Positions 25,253 through 36,855 of a stretch of 64,000 nt of DNA are shown here, in pieces. The DNA comes from Vicugna vicugna. Lineage: Eukaryota. Under the pieces are notes generated by a model, which saw only the letters and a list, made by a program, of their open reading frames with translations, was not told the origin of the DNA and ran no database searches. The DNA is taken from the NCBI GenBank assembly GCA_013265495.1, contig MU061538.1:2129339-2193338 (forward strand), read 5' to 3'. The position numbers and the translations under genes were made by a program. Each line of letters opens with the position of its first letter. Positions within the stretch are counted from its first letter, which is position 1.

Positions 25253-26149
25253 TAAGGTAGCTTGGGAACTAAAGACACGATATAAACTTGGGGTGGAATT
25301 CTAAATTTTTATGACTTTCCTTATCTTTTCCAAGGGTTTTGCTGACACCTAATACAATAGCAGTTTTTCCTAAGGCAGGCTGTTTATGGAATCTCCCCAA
25401 AGTACTCCAGCGCAGTGTTCACAGAAACGAAGCTCTCTTTCTGTGCCCCAGTGACATCAGCTCTGTATTGTTTAACTCAGTTACGTACTGCGACAGGGTC
25501 TAGGGACAGACTTGACTAACTCTTGTGAGGCACAGAGCTGGCTTGCAGGCAGCAGAGCAGTGGCCCTGCTGGCCAGGACCGTGGCACGCAGCTCCAGGCG
25601 GGGGTGGTGGCAGCTGGCCATTGGGAGGAGCCACTGAAAACTGGAGCCCTTGACTACAAATAGACAACCCTGACTTCTCACTGCTGTAAACTGGGCTCGA
25701 TGTTTCATTTATATTTTGCAAGACAGTCTTCAGAAGCACCAGTTCTCCCTGGTGGCTCTATTGTGTGTAAACCAAGGACCTAGCTGCAGCCCCCAACCCC
25801 GAGGGGCTGCCCTGGAGGATGCTCATGGGTGACGGGGAGGTGGCGGGGGCAGCACGAGGGTCAGTGTGGAAGCGGGGTCTCCGTGTCATCTCCTTGCACC
25901 GCCGTGGCCTCAGCACTGGGACTCTCCCAGGACTGAGCTTCGAAGTCACGCCTGTGGCAAAGCAGAGAGGAGGAGGACCAGTGGGAACAGGGACCGCAGC
26001 AGGGTGGGCTGGGGCTACGTGGGCACTGAGGGCCCCCGGCAGCCGCCTGAGCAGGGACTGCTCATCTTCCAGAGGCTTCTCCTTGAGGCCAGCCCCGCAC
26101 GCTCATGGACGCTGTCATTAAAGCAAAGCAGAAATGCTACTGTGTAAGG

Positions 26150-26360
26150 TGTTGTCAGGGGCTGAGTGATGTCCCCCGAAATGTATCTGTCGAAGTCCTG
26201 ACCCCCAGCACCTCGGACTGTGGCCACGTCCCAGCCCAGGGGAGAGGCCACAGGAGGAGCCAGAGCTGCTGACGCCTTGGTCTTGGACTTCCGGCCCCAG
26301 ACCTGCCCTGCAGTCAGTCTCTGTGCCTCCAGCCCCGGTGAGCGGGGCTTCCCTGTCCCC
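26150..26360 (+). mobile_element. Internally deleted MLT1 LTR
   Basis: The 5' part 'gaagtcctgacccccagcacctc' is joined directly to the 3' part 'ctgctgacgccttggtcttggacttccggcc'. Confidence 0.7.
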
Positions 26361-26829
26361 ACCAGCTCACAGATGTGTGGTCCACCCTGAAACCAGAGCT
26401 GCTGTCCTTGGCGCTGCACACGTCACTGCGGAGCAGACACAGGAGGACAGGGGCCAATGCAATCACACTGAGTGCAGGCTGGCCAGACTGGAGGGACCTG
26501 CCCGGGGTTCGGGTTGGTAGGCACCAGACAAAGGGAGGTTCTGGGGTACAGGGGGTCAGAGGAGGGCTTGGGGTCTCAGTCTTCATCCCTGAACCGAGCA
26601 GCTGCCGTGCCTGTCCCACTAATCGGCTAATCCTGAAAGCAAGCTGGTCACTTACAGGAAGGACACACGAGAGGGAAAAGATTCTGGACAAGGAAGTGGA
26701 CTCATCTCCCAGAGACTGGGGCTTGTCTGTTTCCCAAAAGGTGGGGACCACAGTGCTCAGCCCATGGGAAAAGTCATCTGAATGAACTGAAGTTTTTAAA
26801 TAAGATGAGAATTTCACAGTATTTCAAGA

Positions 26830-27160
26830 ATCCAGTGCCTCAGAATGTGACTGTATTTGGAGGTGGGGCCTTTGAAGAGGTGATGAAGGTAACGCGAGGT
26901 CCAGTAGGAGCACCCTGATCCAGTCTGCCCGGTGTCCTTAGGAGAGGAGAGGTCAGCACAGACACACAGAGGGACGGCCACATGAGGACGCAGGAGAAGA
27001 CAGCCATCCACACGCCAAGGACAGAGGCCCTGGAAGACATCAGCTCTGCCGACACCCTGGTCTTGGACTTCCAACCTCTAGAAATGTGAGAAAACACATT
27101 TCCATTGAGTAAGGCGCCCAGGCGTGGTGCTGTCGTGGCAGCGCTAGGACGCTGACGCGC
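26830..27160 (+). mobile_element. MaLR solo LTR, MLT1A/B-like
   Basis: 'cctcagaatgtgactgtatttggaggtggggcctttgaagagg...ctgccgacaccctggtcttggacttccaacctctagaaatgtgagaaaa'. Confidence 0.9.
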
Positions 27161-27334
27161 ACACACAAGAACACACCCCCGACACCTCACACATTTTTCA
27201 TAAGGGGCAGTACGGTCTGTGACTGAAAACCACGGGGCCAAGGCTACTGTTCATGTGCAAACATGGTTCAGGGAGGATGTGGGCTACTGAGTGTCAGTAA
27301 TGAATAACTTAGCATGTGAGGCGGAACAGCCCAG

Positions 27335-27510
27335 AGGGTGAGCCTGGGCCCTGTGGTCTTCCTACCTGGGTTGGATCCTGACTCTGTCCCTTCTTAGCTG
27401 TGTGTCCACCAGCAAGGATCTTAACCTCTCTGTGCTTCCTCCGTAATCGGGGGTGATAACAGCTCACCTCTTGGCATTATGAGGATTAAGAACAGCACCT
27501 AGAAGATGGG
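27335..27510 (+). mobile_element. MIR SINE
   Basis: 'cctgggttggatcctgactctg...ttagctgtgtg...ttaacctctctgtgc...tgaggattaa'. Confidence 0.75.
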
Positions 27511-27629
27511 AGGCACAGCGTGTTTGCTGTTCTAACCCTCACCTGAGAGGCCCAGGTGCCAGGTGACAAGGAACACAGGACACTGGTTTCCTGGAGCGGG
27601 TGCAGTGATCAGATCAACAATCAAGCGCT

Positions 27630-27945
27630 CAGTCTCGGGACCTCTTCACATGTGCAGAAGTGATAGAGGGCCCCAGGGGCCATTTGTTTCTGTGGGTTGT
27701 ATCTCGTGGCATTTGCCACATCAGAAATGATCAGTTACAAACTTGCCATATTAGGAAACAAAACCAAGAACACTTAAAAACATTAATCCGTTTAAAAATA
27801 ACATTAAACCCTTGATATTTTAACACAAATATTTTATGACAAACAGCCATAGTTACATGTTTGCAAATCTCTTTACCATCTGGCTTAATAGATGCCGGGT
27901 TTTCCTGCCTGCTCCTGCAACCCACCTGCCATGATGTGTTTAGGC
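27630..27945 (+). mobile_element. hAT-Charlie (Charlie1-like) DNA transposon fragment
   Basis: 'tgtgggttgtatct', 'tttaaaaataaca' and 'tttgcaaatctctttaccatctggcttaataga' resemble Charlie1. Confidence 0.7.
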
Positions 27946-28859
27946 TGAAGGAAGGTGCACAGACATGTAGCCGAGTGGGGAAGGGCTGCGGGTCTCCTGA
28001 AAGGGCCTTGGGGCTCCGGGGAGGCTGCGTTTCCAAGGTGCTCGGCAGAGTGGGGTGTGGGGGGGTCGGGGGCATGCAGCAGGCTGACCCGCGGGCTCCA
28101 CCAGATTGGCTCCGTTTCCGTCAGGCTCGCTCACCCCTGTGGCTTCTGAGTCATAGGCTCAGGTGCGTGGGCTGGTTCTGAGAAGTGAAGGCCTGGGAGG
28201 GTTCCACCTGGAGAGCCCTGGGAGCGGAGCGCAGAGAGGCCTCCAGGTGCGCCCAGGTGGGCGAGGCAGGGCGCTGCTGCGCTGTTGGCCGAGCGCCAGG
28301 CCAGCTGCGCGCCTCCACGCCAGCTTCGGGAAACGCCACTGGCAGCAGCACCGAGGCCCGTGGGCACAGGCTGCGGGCAGCTGGCTCACCCAGGGGCGGC
28401 CGGCCCAGGGACACGGCGCACCTGCTCCCCCAGGGGCCTCGGAGCTGCCGCGCCTGAGCATGCCCGCCTTGAGGAGCTGGCCCCACACCCGGCTCTCAGC
28501 TCTCAAGCGCAGAGATTTGATCCGAGTGACCTGGCTCTGAACATGTCAGGTCCTCAGCCAGGTCCCTCGAGCGCCCACGGCAGCAGTGACAGCTGACTTA
28601 GCCCCACTCCCTGGTGCAAACGGGCCCTGGGTGGTGCTGGCCGTCCACGCAGCCTCCAGGCCTGGGCACCAACGTCCCTCTTGAAGGCAAAGATGAGCCT
28701 GCACCGTGTGCTGTGTCCTCAAGGCAGCCCGGCAGCCCGGGAACCCAGGCTCGTGCCGGGCCGTCCTTTTGGTGGTCAGGAGATGTCACCGTCACCTCTT
28801 TGGCAGAGCCAAGGTCAGAAGGCCATAGCAGGTGAGAGTTCAGACCAATGAGTGCAGCG

Positions 28860-29286
28860 TGCAGCCAGGTCGCCAGAAAAGCAGACCCAGCAGGAGAGAC
28901 CAGTATGTGTGTATATATATTCACGTTGTAAGGACCTGGCCACGTGGTTATGGAGGCTGACAAGTCCCACGACCCACCACCTGCAAGCGGGAGACCCAGG
29001 AGAGCCGACGGTGTGAGTCCAGCCTGAGTGCAGAGGGGAAGCCACGTCCCAGCTCGGAAACAGGCCGAAACGGCGCGCTCTCCTCCCTGCCTTTCGTTCT
29101 ATCCCGGCTCCAGCGGGTAGGAGGAGGCCCAGCCACACTGGGGAGGACCGTCTGCTTTACTCCGCCTACGAGTTCAAGTGTGCATTTCGCCATCCAGAGA
29201 CACCCTCACTGACACACCTGGAGTAACCTGCAGAAGTCTGGGCGCCTGGGGCCCCGCAGAGCTGACGTGTAAGATTAACCGTCACA
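28860..29286 (-). mobile_element. ERVL solo LTR, MLT2-like
   Basis: 'ttatggaggctgacaagtccca...ctgcaagcgggagacccaggagagccg...tctgctttactc...catccagagacaccctcactgacacacc...attaaccgtcaca'. Confidence 0.85.
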
Positions 29287-31154
29287 TCCGGCGAGGGCTG
29301 CCCAGGTCCCTCCTTCCCCGGGCTCAGAGCCTGGTGTGTGTCGGCGCAGCCTGAGGGTGCTCTGCCATCCTGGGAGACAGGAGATCGGTGCCTCTCTCAC
29401 CCCAGCCCAGCCCCCGCGCCCGCCCTCAGTGTAAGCGAGGGGTCTGGACTGGCCGGCCTTGCAGCCTCTACCCCGTGATGCCGCCCTCAGTGCCTCTGGG
29501 AACGCTGGCCTCACAGGGCTGGTTTGGGGGCCGCCCCCGCCCCGGGACAGGGCCTGCGTGGCTCCTTCAGGCCAAGGGGCAGTGTGGGGACCGTCCTGTG
29601 CCCTCCAGCAGGGCCCCGCCCTCGGGACCAGAGTCCTCACCTCCCTGGTCGTCTTAAGGCTTGTTTTAAGGCTTTCCCCAGAAATTGGCTCCCAGGCAGT
29701 CCCAGCTGAAATCAGTGCAGACAAGATTTCAGTTCATCCAAATGGAAAATCACGTTTGGTTTCTCCACTTTGCCACTCTGAAACCTTAGGAAACTGGTTA
29801 CTTGATCCCTCTAACTGTGCAGTCACCCTGTGCCAGGAGGTGAGACCCCCCGCCCAGGGGACTCAGCCAGCGGCCCTGGCTCCTTCCCCCCAACCAGCCC
29901 ATTCTCCTCCTCGATGCTGGATGGGAGGTCTGAAGTAGAATAAACTTAGCAGATATCAACGTCAATTGAGATAAACATCAAGCTTTATTGACCAAAGAGG
30001 CAAATACTGATGGAGCTTAAATACCAAATCAATATTTACCTCCAGGGACAACATAGCCCGAAATTGCAGTCGGGATGCGTGTGCTGAAACACATCCACAA
30101 ATTTCCCACGTCTTCATCAGGAGCGCGGCCACTTCAGCAGCGGACGAGAGCCCGCAGACGTGCTGCTGGTCAGCTCGCGCAGGCACCAGGACGGGGCGCT
30201 GGCGGGAGTTCTGCACGACAAGGGCGAGCGTCAGCTTTACCCGCGGGGTCGGGGCTGAAGAGGACGGCCCGTGCAGGACGAGCCAGGAAACCAGCTGTGC
30301 TTTGCTGAGTTCACCTGAGAGGACACAGAGTTCCAGCCAGAAACGCAGCCGGTGCCTGCGCCAGCCCGGTCTTGTCGCCAGCCCCCAGGTGGCGTGTTCA
30401 GTGCCTGGCGTCCCAGCTTCCCGGCTTCCCGACCACGGGAAAGGGCTCACGGGAAGGAGAGTGGTGCGCATTGTCTGCTTAGAAAGAGAAGCTGCAGCAG
30501 GTGTGGAGGATTAAGAAGAGATTATCAGGGAAGGAAGCCAAGGGCCAAAGCTGTGCAGCTCCACCCGCCAACTCCCCCGCCCCCCGAGATCTGGGGACCG
30601 GTCAACATCACTCAGTTTTGGAGGGGTGGCCCCTCACCCTCCCACAGCGCCCAGGAATGTCTGCCCACCTCACTCCATTTCCACCCTCCGTGGGACAGGT
30701 AAGGACTCAGAGGTTCGGAATTTCCTCTGTCCTCGAAGCCACAGTTATCTGCTCCAAGTCCAGCACATTCCCCACCAGAGCAGCCCCTCCCAGGCTAGGT
30801 GTCCGCTGCTGACCACTCATCACCAAGTCCCTCTCTGAATCGTCCTCAGCCCAGGAGGGGCTCTGCCCAAGATCACTCCCCTCCTAGGGGCGGCTGGATG
30901 CTGACTGGTCCACCGGAGCTCTGGCTGGGCCCCCGTATCCCCAAGGACCACCCAGCCCCTGAGCTCCCTACGGCACAGAGTTCAGCTTCTCCCTGTGTCC
31001 CTCCCCACTTCTCAACAGCCCCCAGGAAGCCCCTCACACCTGCACCTTAGAGCGGGCTTCCCAGGAGCCTGACCGGGGACAGTCACCAAGGACATGAGAG
31101 ACGCAGAGGGAGGCAGGGTTGGGGGTTCAGGCGGCCGCCCCTCCAGATGGCAGG

Positions 31155-31265
31155 TTTCTGAGGACGGGAACCATTCTCCTCCGGTTCACTGCTGTGTCCC
31201 AGAACCTGGTTGGCACCTGGGACGCAGTGGCCCTTAATTATTTTTTAATTGAATACATGAAGGAA
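31155..31265 (+). mobile_element. L2 3' end fragment
   Basis: 'gttcactgctgtgtcccagaacctgg...ttgaatacatgaagga'. Confidence 0.65.
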
Positions 31266-31383
31266 TTTGTGAGTTGGTAAGAAGAGGCAAAGACGTGTAT
31301 CCTGTACCAAATTTGGGGCTTTTTGTTTTGTAAGCTCTTCCGTGTTCCAAGTTCCATGTCCTCCTAGTGGCAGAGTCTCTAGC

Positions 31384-31439
31384 ACAGCAGGGACCCAGGA
31401 CAGCAGGGACCCAGGACAGCAGGGACCCAGGACAGCAGG
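31384..31439. repeat. Minisatellite, 16-bp unit (acagcagggacccagg) x3.5
   Basis: Perfect tandem copies read directly. Confidence 0.97.
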
Positions 31440-32132
31440 CTGACCCTACACAGATTTTCCACTGGGCAGAGGGTCAGTGCCCCAACCCCTGTGTTGTCTG
31501 AGGGTCAACTGTGTGTGTCTGTGGTGTGTGTGCGTCTGTGGGGGTGGTGGTGCACATGTGTGTGTCTGCGCACGCGTGTGCACAAGCAGGAATGTACACG
31601 TTGAGAAAACCGCAGGCCAGGACGCCCACCCCAGGCCTCTGCATCCGACCCTGTGGACACCGTGGGGCGCTGCAGCTCAGGGCCGGGTCTAAGGCTGGTC
31701 CCTGCGGGGACGGAGCAGGTGGGCACCAGCGGGGACTCGGGAGTGACGCAGTGAGGACTGCATGGTGCCCCCAGGGAGCAAAGCCCCCAGCAGCCGGCGC
31801 TGTGAAAGGGACAGGGTGGGGACATGTGGTGTTAGCTCTGCTCTCCACTTGGGTGGCTGTGAGGTCACCAGTCCCCAGTCCCCAGACCTTCGTTCACGCC
31901 GCCCACCACCCACCAGCAGTTAGATGGTGGGTGAGGCTCTTCACTTTCTCATCCAAACAGCAGCGGCCGGGGCCGCATGGGGGGTAGGGGTGCAGCCAGC
32001 CCTGCTGGGAGGACTCGCGGCACCCATGCCCAGTGATGAGGGCTGCCCTGGCTTCCGTTTCTGTCAAGCACTGGGGTCGAACCTCATGACCTGAGGTCTT
32101 CCTGTAACCAGGACTGGTCAGACCTGTTTCCA

Positions 32133-32180
32133 GTTACCACGGCGACGAGGTTGCCATGGGGACGCTGTGATTGGACGTCA
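32133..32180. promoter_or_regulatory. Candidate promoter/enhancer module: two RFX X-boxes, an inverted CCAAT box and a CRE
   Basis: GTTACCACGGCGAC (32133-46), GTTGCCATGGGGAC (32150-63), TGATTGG (32168-74) and GACGTCA (32174-80). Confidence 0.6.
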
Positions 32181-33217
32181 TTTCTGGGGGTGGGCCCGCA
32201 CATGGGTAATTAGGGCTCACCCCTGGGGGAGGAGACCCTCGCTCTTCTCCCCACATCTGCCTAGCCCAGGTTTTCTTGTCTGTGAGTGGCTTCTGACACG
32301 TCCGGCCTTCAGAAGTCCGTTACAAAGGCTGATGAGGTGACGTATTCGAGGCCCTCAGTGCTCGGCTTGTTCAGGGGCTGCTGCACCTGCGGTGCTCTTA
32401 CTGTCCTGGGGACAGAAGCTGGCCTTTCCCGTGGGCCGTGCCATCCCGGGCACGTCTGCAGATTCCTCCAGGACCCGCCCGCGTCCCCAGCCCCTCGTGG
32501 CGCTCCAGGCTCAGGCGTCAGCACGCAGCCGGCCCCCTGGGAGCTGCTAAGTCCTGGCGCCTGGGCCACACACGAGCCTGGGGTGTCAGGCTCCCGGGCG
32601 GGAGGCCTTCCAGAGCTCCTGGTGGCCCACCTCACAGCCTCAGACCCCTGCCTGGTCTGCAGGCCATGGCTGCTGGCCCCAGGGACCAGGGCGCGGGCCA
32701 GCACATCAAGCTGCGTGGTCAGCATGGCATGTTCTCACACAGCAAAATTTCGGGAAAACTTATTTCCTATGAAAACAAGCCCAGATATATTTTGAAAAAG
32801 CCTCCCTGAGAGGCTCCCCTCCACTGACCGGCCTAGCCCCTCCAGGCCTCTACTTCCTTCATTCTTATTTTAAAAAGCCTGTGTAATAAATGAACAAATC
32901 CCACTGTATACAACTCCATACAAGCAGACACACAGGAAAAAAATTGAAGTCCTTCCACGCTGCGCGCTGTCCTCAGGAAGCAGCCGCCGGGAGCTCTGGC
33001 CAGCTTCCCACCAGGCCTTTTGCCGTGAAGATACATGCGTGTGTCATCTCAGCTGAGCGAGTGACTGTCGCAGCTTCTTTGATTTTATATAAATGGGCTC
33101 AGGTCACAGACATGGGTCTGTAACTTGTCTTTTTATGCAACAAGGCGACATGGTGACCTTTCGAATTAGTAAAACAGAGCGAGTTCAGTCTCGTCACTGC
33201 TGCATCGTATTCCTGAG

Positions 33218-33300
33218 CAGCACGGCTCAAACTTTGCTCTCAGGGCCCCTGCACACTCTTAAACATCACTGAGGACCCCAGAGATTCTTGTGGGCGTGGA
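33218..33300 (+). mobile_element. Charlie1-like terminal fragment
   Basis: 'ctcaaactttgctctcagggcccctgcacactcttaaacatcactgaggacccca' is homologous to the start of the 27630 element. Confidence 0.65.
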
Positions 33301-33784
33301 CTGCACCTGCTGCCCGCAGTCTGAATTTTATTGGCCTGACAGGGAGATGGGGAGTGGGAACTCCACATGGCAGCAGACGAGCTGAGCTGGGGAGGTTGTG
33401 CCCAAACATCGAGATCGAAAGTGACCTCCTGTGTCACTTTCGGGTCCTCTGGGGTGATGCAGGGCTGGCCCCCAGGGGTCTCTGGGGCTCACACCTGAAT
33501 CCGACTCTGGACTCATATGTGACCATAAGGACCACCTAATTCCAAGCCAGCATCCTGCCAGGAGGACAGAGGACCATCCCAGGCAGCACAAAGCTGATCA
33601 TCTTATCGACAGAGCTCTGGGTACCCACCTCCGTGAGGGGAGAAGTCCTGGCTGGACACAGCTCTCGGGGGCAACACCCTTGTGATGCCTGCTTCCTCTT
33701 CAGAGATGTAGGTGGCCCCACGTTGCAGGGAGATCCCAGGTGTGGCGCCCGGACGTGGCCACCTTCAAGCAGATTTCAACAACT

Positions 33785-33860
33785 TCAGCCCTCGCAACAG
33801 TCCTGTTGGGTCGGTGCTGTCATCTCCCACTTTGTGGATGAGAAAACTGTCACTTAAGCT
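33785..33860 (-). mobile_element. MIR fragment
   Basis: 'cctcgcaacagtcctg...cccactttgtggatgagaaaactg' is the MIR core. Confidence 0.6.
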
Positions 33861-33999
33861 CTTCCCTTAAGAGTTTGTCAGTCAGTCTGTGTGCCACCAG
33901 CGCCTGAGGGTCTGAGCACTGGGCCTGGAAGGCGTGAAGCACGCCGCCCCACCCACAGCACCATGACTGGAAGTTTGTACCAGCTGGTTCTGATGGTTC

Positions 34000-34146
34000 A
34001 GAGGTGCGTGGCCAGGTGCCCTGGCAGCTCTGGCCTCTCCCCACTGCCTACCAGCAGCGAACACCCCCTGGCTGCGACACCAAAAACGCCCCAGAACTGT
34101 GGGATGTCCTCTGGGGGCCCACGCACCGCTGCTTGAGAACCACTGG
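34000..34146. mobile_element. MER20-like hAT MITE fragment
   Basis: 'ctggcctctccccact...gacaccaaaaacgccccaga...atgtcctctggggg...ttgagaaccactg'. Confidence 0.7.
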
Positions 34147-35342
34147 CTTGAAGCAGGGGTTCTGGGCCCACACCGTGGAAGTCGCCTCCTGGGGCAGGAG
34201 CCAGGGATACAGATCAGGAAGCCCCCGATGACTCCGCCGGCCCCAGCTGCCCTGCCTAGAGGTGGGGCCTTTCTCGGCTCAGGGAGACGAGAGGCTCAGC
34301 AGGTGAGGAGCTGAGGTCTGGGCCTTTCCCTGTAACAGCTTTTTCAAGAAGGGAGGGAGAAGGCTTGGGGTCTCCTCAGGCCCGAGGCAGGGAAGGGGCT
34401 GTGGGGTGCAGGCATCAGGAACAGAAGTGACTCCCGGCTCCTGTCAAGGGCCCGTCTCCCTGCCGTTGGCAAAACTGGACCCCCCCCCCAGGTCCCCAGA
34501 CGTCACAAGAGGAGCTGAGCCTGTCTGACTGGCAGGTTCTGGGCAACTTTGTCTGACACAACTCAAGGGAATGGCTGCTGGGCTCAGCGTGGAAAGACAG
34601 TCTGCAAGCGGTGATCTGGGGAGAAGAGTGGACAGAGGAGCCGCCGCCCAGCCAGCTGAGCGTCCACGTGTGAGTCGGGGGCCTCCCCTTCCTCGTCTGC
34701 AACGCGGGTGGGTTGGGGAATGTGAGTCCTGAAGATCCTGCAGCCCCGACAATCTCTCTGCTTCTGCTCTGTCCTTTTGACGTCCCCCCCGCGGTCCCCA
34801 AGCACAGACAGCTGTTTGGTCTCCCGAGCACGGCGGGAGGACCGAGTTAGAATCCACTGTCGACGCTTAGTTGACCCAGAAGCGGAGGGCTGTCCTCCTG
34901 GCTGGCGCCCTGCCAGTCTCATCGGGCGGCTCGCAACAAAGATCAAAGGGCACGAGTGTACTTGGTTGTTTTCCAGACCACAGTTTGCTCTTCTCTGTCT
35001 CAATCAGCTAAGTGAAAAATGTAAGAAAAATGGCCTAAGAATAGTAGATCTCATGTCCTCCCTTTTGGGTCTCCCTCTTGCGAACCACTTTCCTTCATCA
35101 GAAAGGGGGGGGGGGCTGTGTATCTGGAACCAGGAAAGGTGAGTAGGTGTCTTCCTCCTGATGCTTGTAAACACTGTCGGAGTAAACTGGTCCTGGCCCC
35201 AGAGAGGAGGCAATGCCGCGCTGATCTCACCGAGAGGCAGGGCCAACAGCAGATCAAAATGCCCTGCACCTGCTCTGACACCCGACGCGTCAGCTGCATT
35301 AGGGCGGGAGACCAGCGTCCCAGCATCACGGCGCCAGCCCAG

Positions 35343-35540
35343 GGCTTGGGTACCAGCTCCACCCTGTGCTGGAGCTGGAGACCGACGTGAGTCATGAGAC
35401 CTCTTAGGGCCTCAGTGTCTCAATTGTAAATGGGGACGCATATAGTAATGGTAACAACAGCTGCCACTAGAGGCTTGTGGTGAGAGTCGGTGCGATCGAT
35501 CGTATGCGGGCGGCACTTAGCACGGCGCCTGGGGTTGTAC
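35343..35540 (+). mobile_element. MIR SINE
   Basis: 'acctcttagggcctcagtgtctcaattgtaaatgggga...gcacttagcacggcgcctgg'. Confidence 0.75.
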
Positions 35541-35554
35541 CGCCTTTGCCGGCT

Positions 35555-36720
35555 TTTGTTTTGTGTTTCTAAATTTTCCTCCTTTTTCTCTGATGAGGAA
35601 TTAACCAGCTTTTAAATTTATTTATAAATCTAGCTGCTGTTCTATTTTATAACTCACTTTTTCTATTATCCTCATTAATCCTTTTTTCTGTTTTGCTTCA
35701 GTTTTTTAATTGTTCTTTTTCCAACTTTTTGAGCAAGATGATGAATTCATTTTACTTTCTTTTTTACTGACGTAAATATTTAAGTCTATGAACATGCTTT
35801 ATTTATAGCCCACAAATTTGATCTAGTATTCCCATTATTACTGTTTCCCAGAAATTCTGTAATTTCGCTTTGTATTTCCCTCTGACCCAAAAGTTGATTA
35901 ATAGGGAATTATAAAACTTTCAGGTGATGTTATCAACCTCCAGTTTTATTTCACAATGGTTAAAAATATTGTCTACATTATTTTGAAATTAGTTGAAATT
36001 ATTTTGTGGCTTACAACTTGGCCAATTTTTGTGAATAAAGCTAGCACAGAAATGGGATATTCTAATAGACTCTTCTCTTAAACTCTTTACAATGCATGTG
36101 ACTGTCGAAATCAAGCACCCCCACATCTCCCGGATTGACTGATTTATTATGAAGGCACCAAGGTGGTTGTGAGGCTTCTGCAGTTACCATGGAATGGCAG
36201 AATACTAACTGGATGCAGACCATGAGCTGTTGGGGACGCTCGCTGTAATCTCTGGAGCAACTGCTAATAAAATAACACAAAAAGATGAAGCCAAAAGGAC
36301 AAGAGAGCATTTAAAATGGAATACTAAGCAAATACTCCACTTACTTGAAGGAGGCAGGAAAAGGGGACACAGCCAGAGAGGACAAACAGAATCTCCTGCA
36401 AATCATGTGCTTCTGCTGACCTGCCTCGTGTCTTCCGTCATCTCTGCTTTTTGAAAGTTTTGTAATACCGAGTGTGTTGATGTTCACGATTGTTACATCT
36501 TTGCTGTAAATTATAATGCTAAAGGCCTCAAAGTGTCTTTGCTCTGCCTCATTTCATGTGTTGTGGCTGAAAAACTACCCTGTCCATATTAAGACTGAAA
36601 CTTGAGCCTTTTTTTTTGTTGTATGTCTTTGCCTATACTTTGATTTTTTTTTCCTTTTAAATACCTGGGTGAGTTTGGGGTGAATCTCTTGGCTACACCT
36701 GCAGAGTTGGATCTGTCCCT
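35555..36720 (-). mobile_element. Old L1M fragments (with a sense-oriented piece at ~36240-36390)
   Basis: T-rich degraded antisense ORF2-like sequence. 'tgtaatctctggagcaactgctaa...aaaatggaatactaa...gaaggaggcaggaaa' resembles sense L1M sequence. Confidence 0.6.
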
Positions 36721-36723
36721 GAT

Positions 36724-36855
36724 TGTGGCAGCAGCTCCCTGTGGTCCCAGAGCCCCTCACCCTTGAGGTCAACATCCCCTTGTGTGATTCCTCCTACGTC
36801 AGCCAGGGCACCTCTGTGTAACCAGTGGAAGGTGGTGGAAATGATGGCGTGTGTT
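36724..36855 (+). mobile_element. MLT1 (E/F-like) LTR 5' fragment
   Basis: 'tgtggcagc...cccttgtgtgattcctcc...tgtaaccagtgga...ggaaatgatgg'. Confidence 0.5.

Noticed and set aside
29704..29734. Hairpin containing CAGTGC (IRE-like)
   Set aside because: CAGTGC is not a 6-nt apical loop closed by a 5-bp stem with a C bulge.
30378..30396. CTCF-like motif CCCCCAGGTGGCG
   Set aside because: A mismatched single motif; such matches are frequent at this GC content.
31384..31439. Short repeats as a CRISPR-like array
   Set aside because: No spacers, and the context is mammalian; it is a plain minisatellite.
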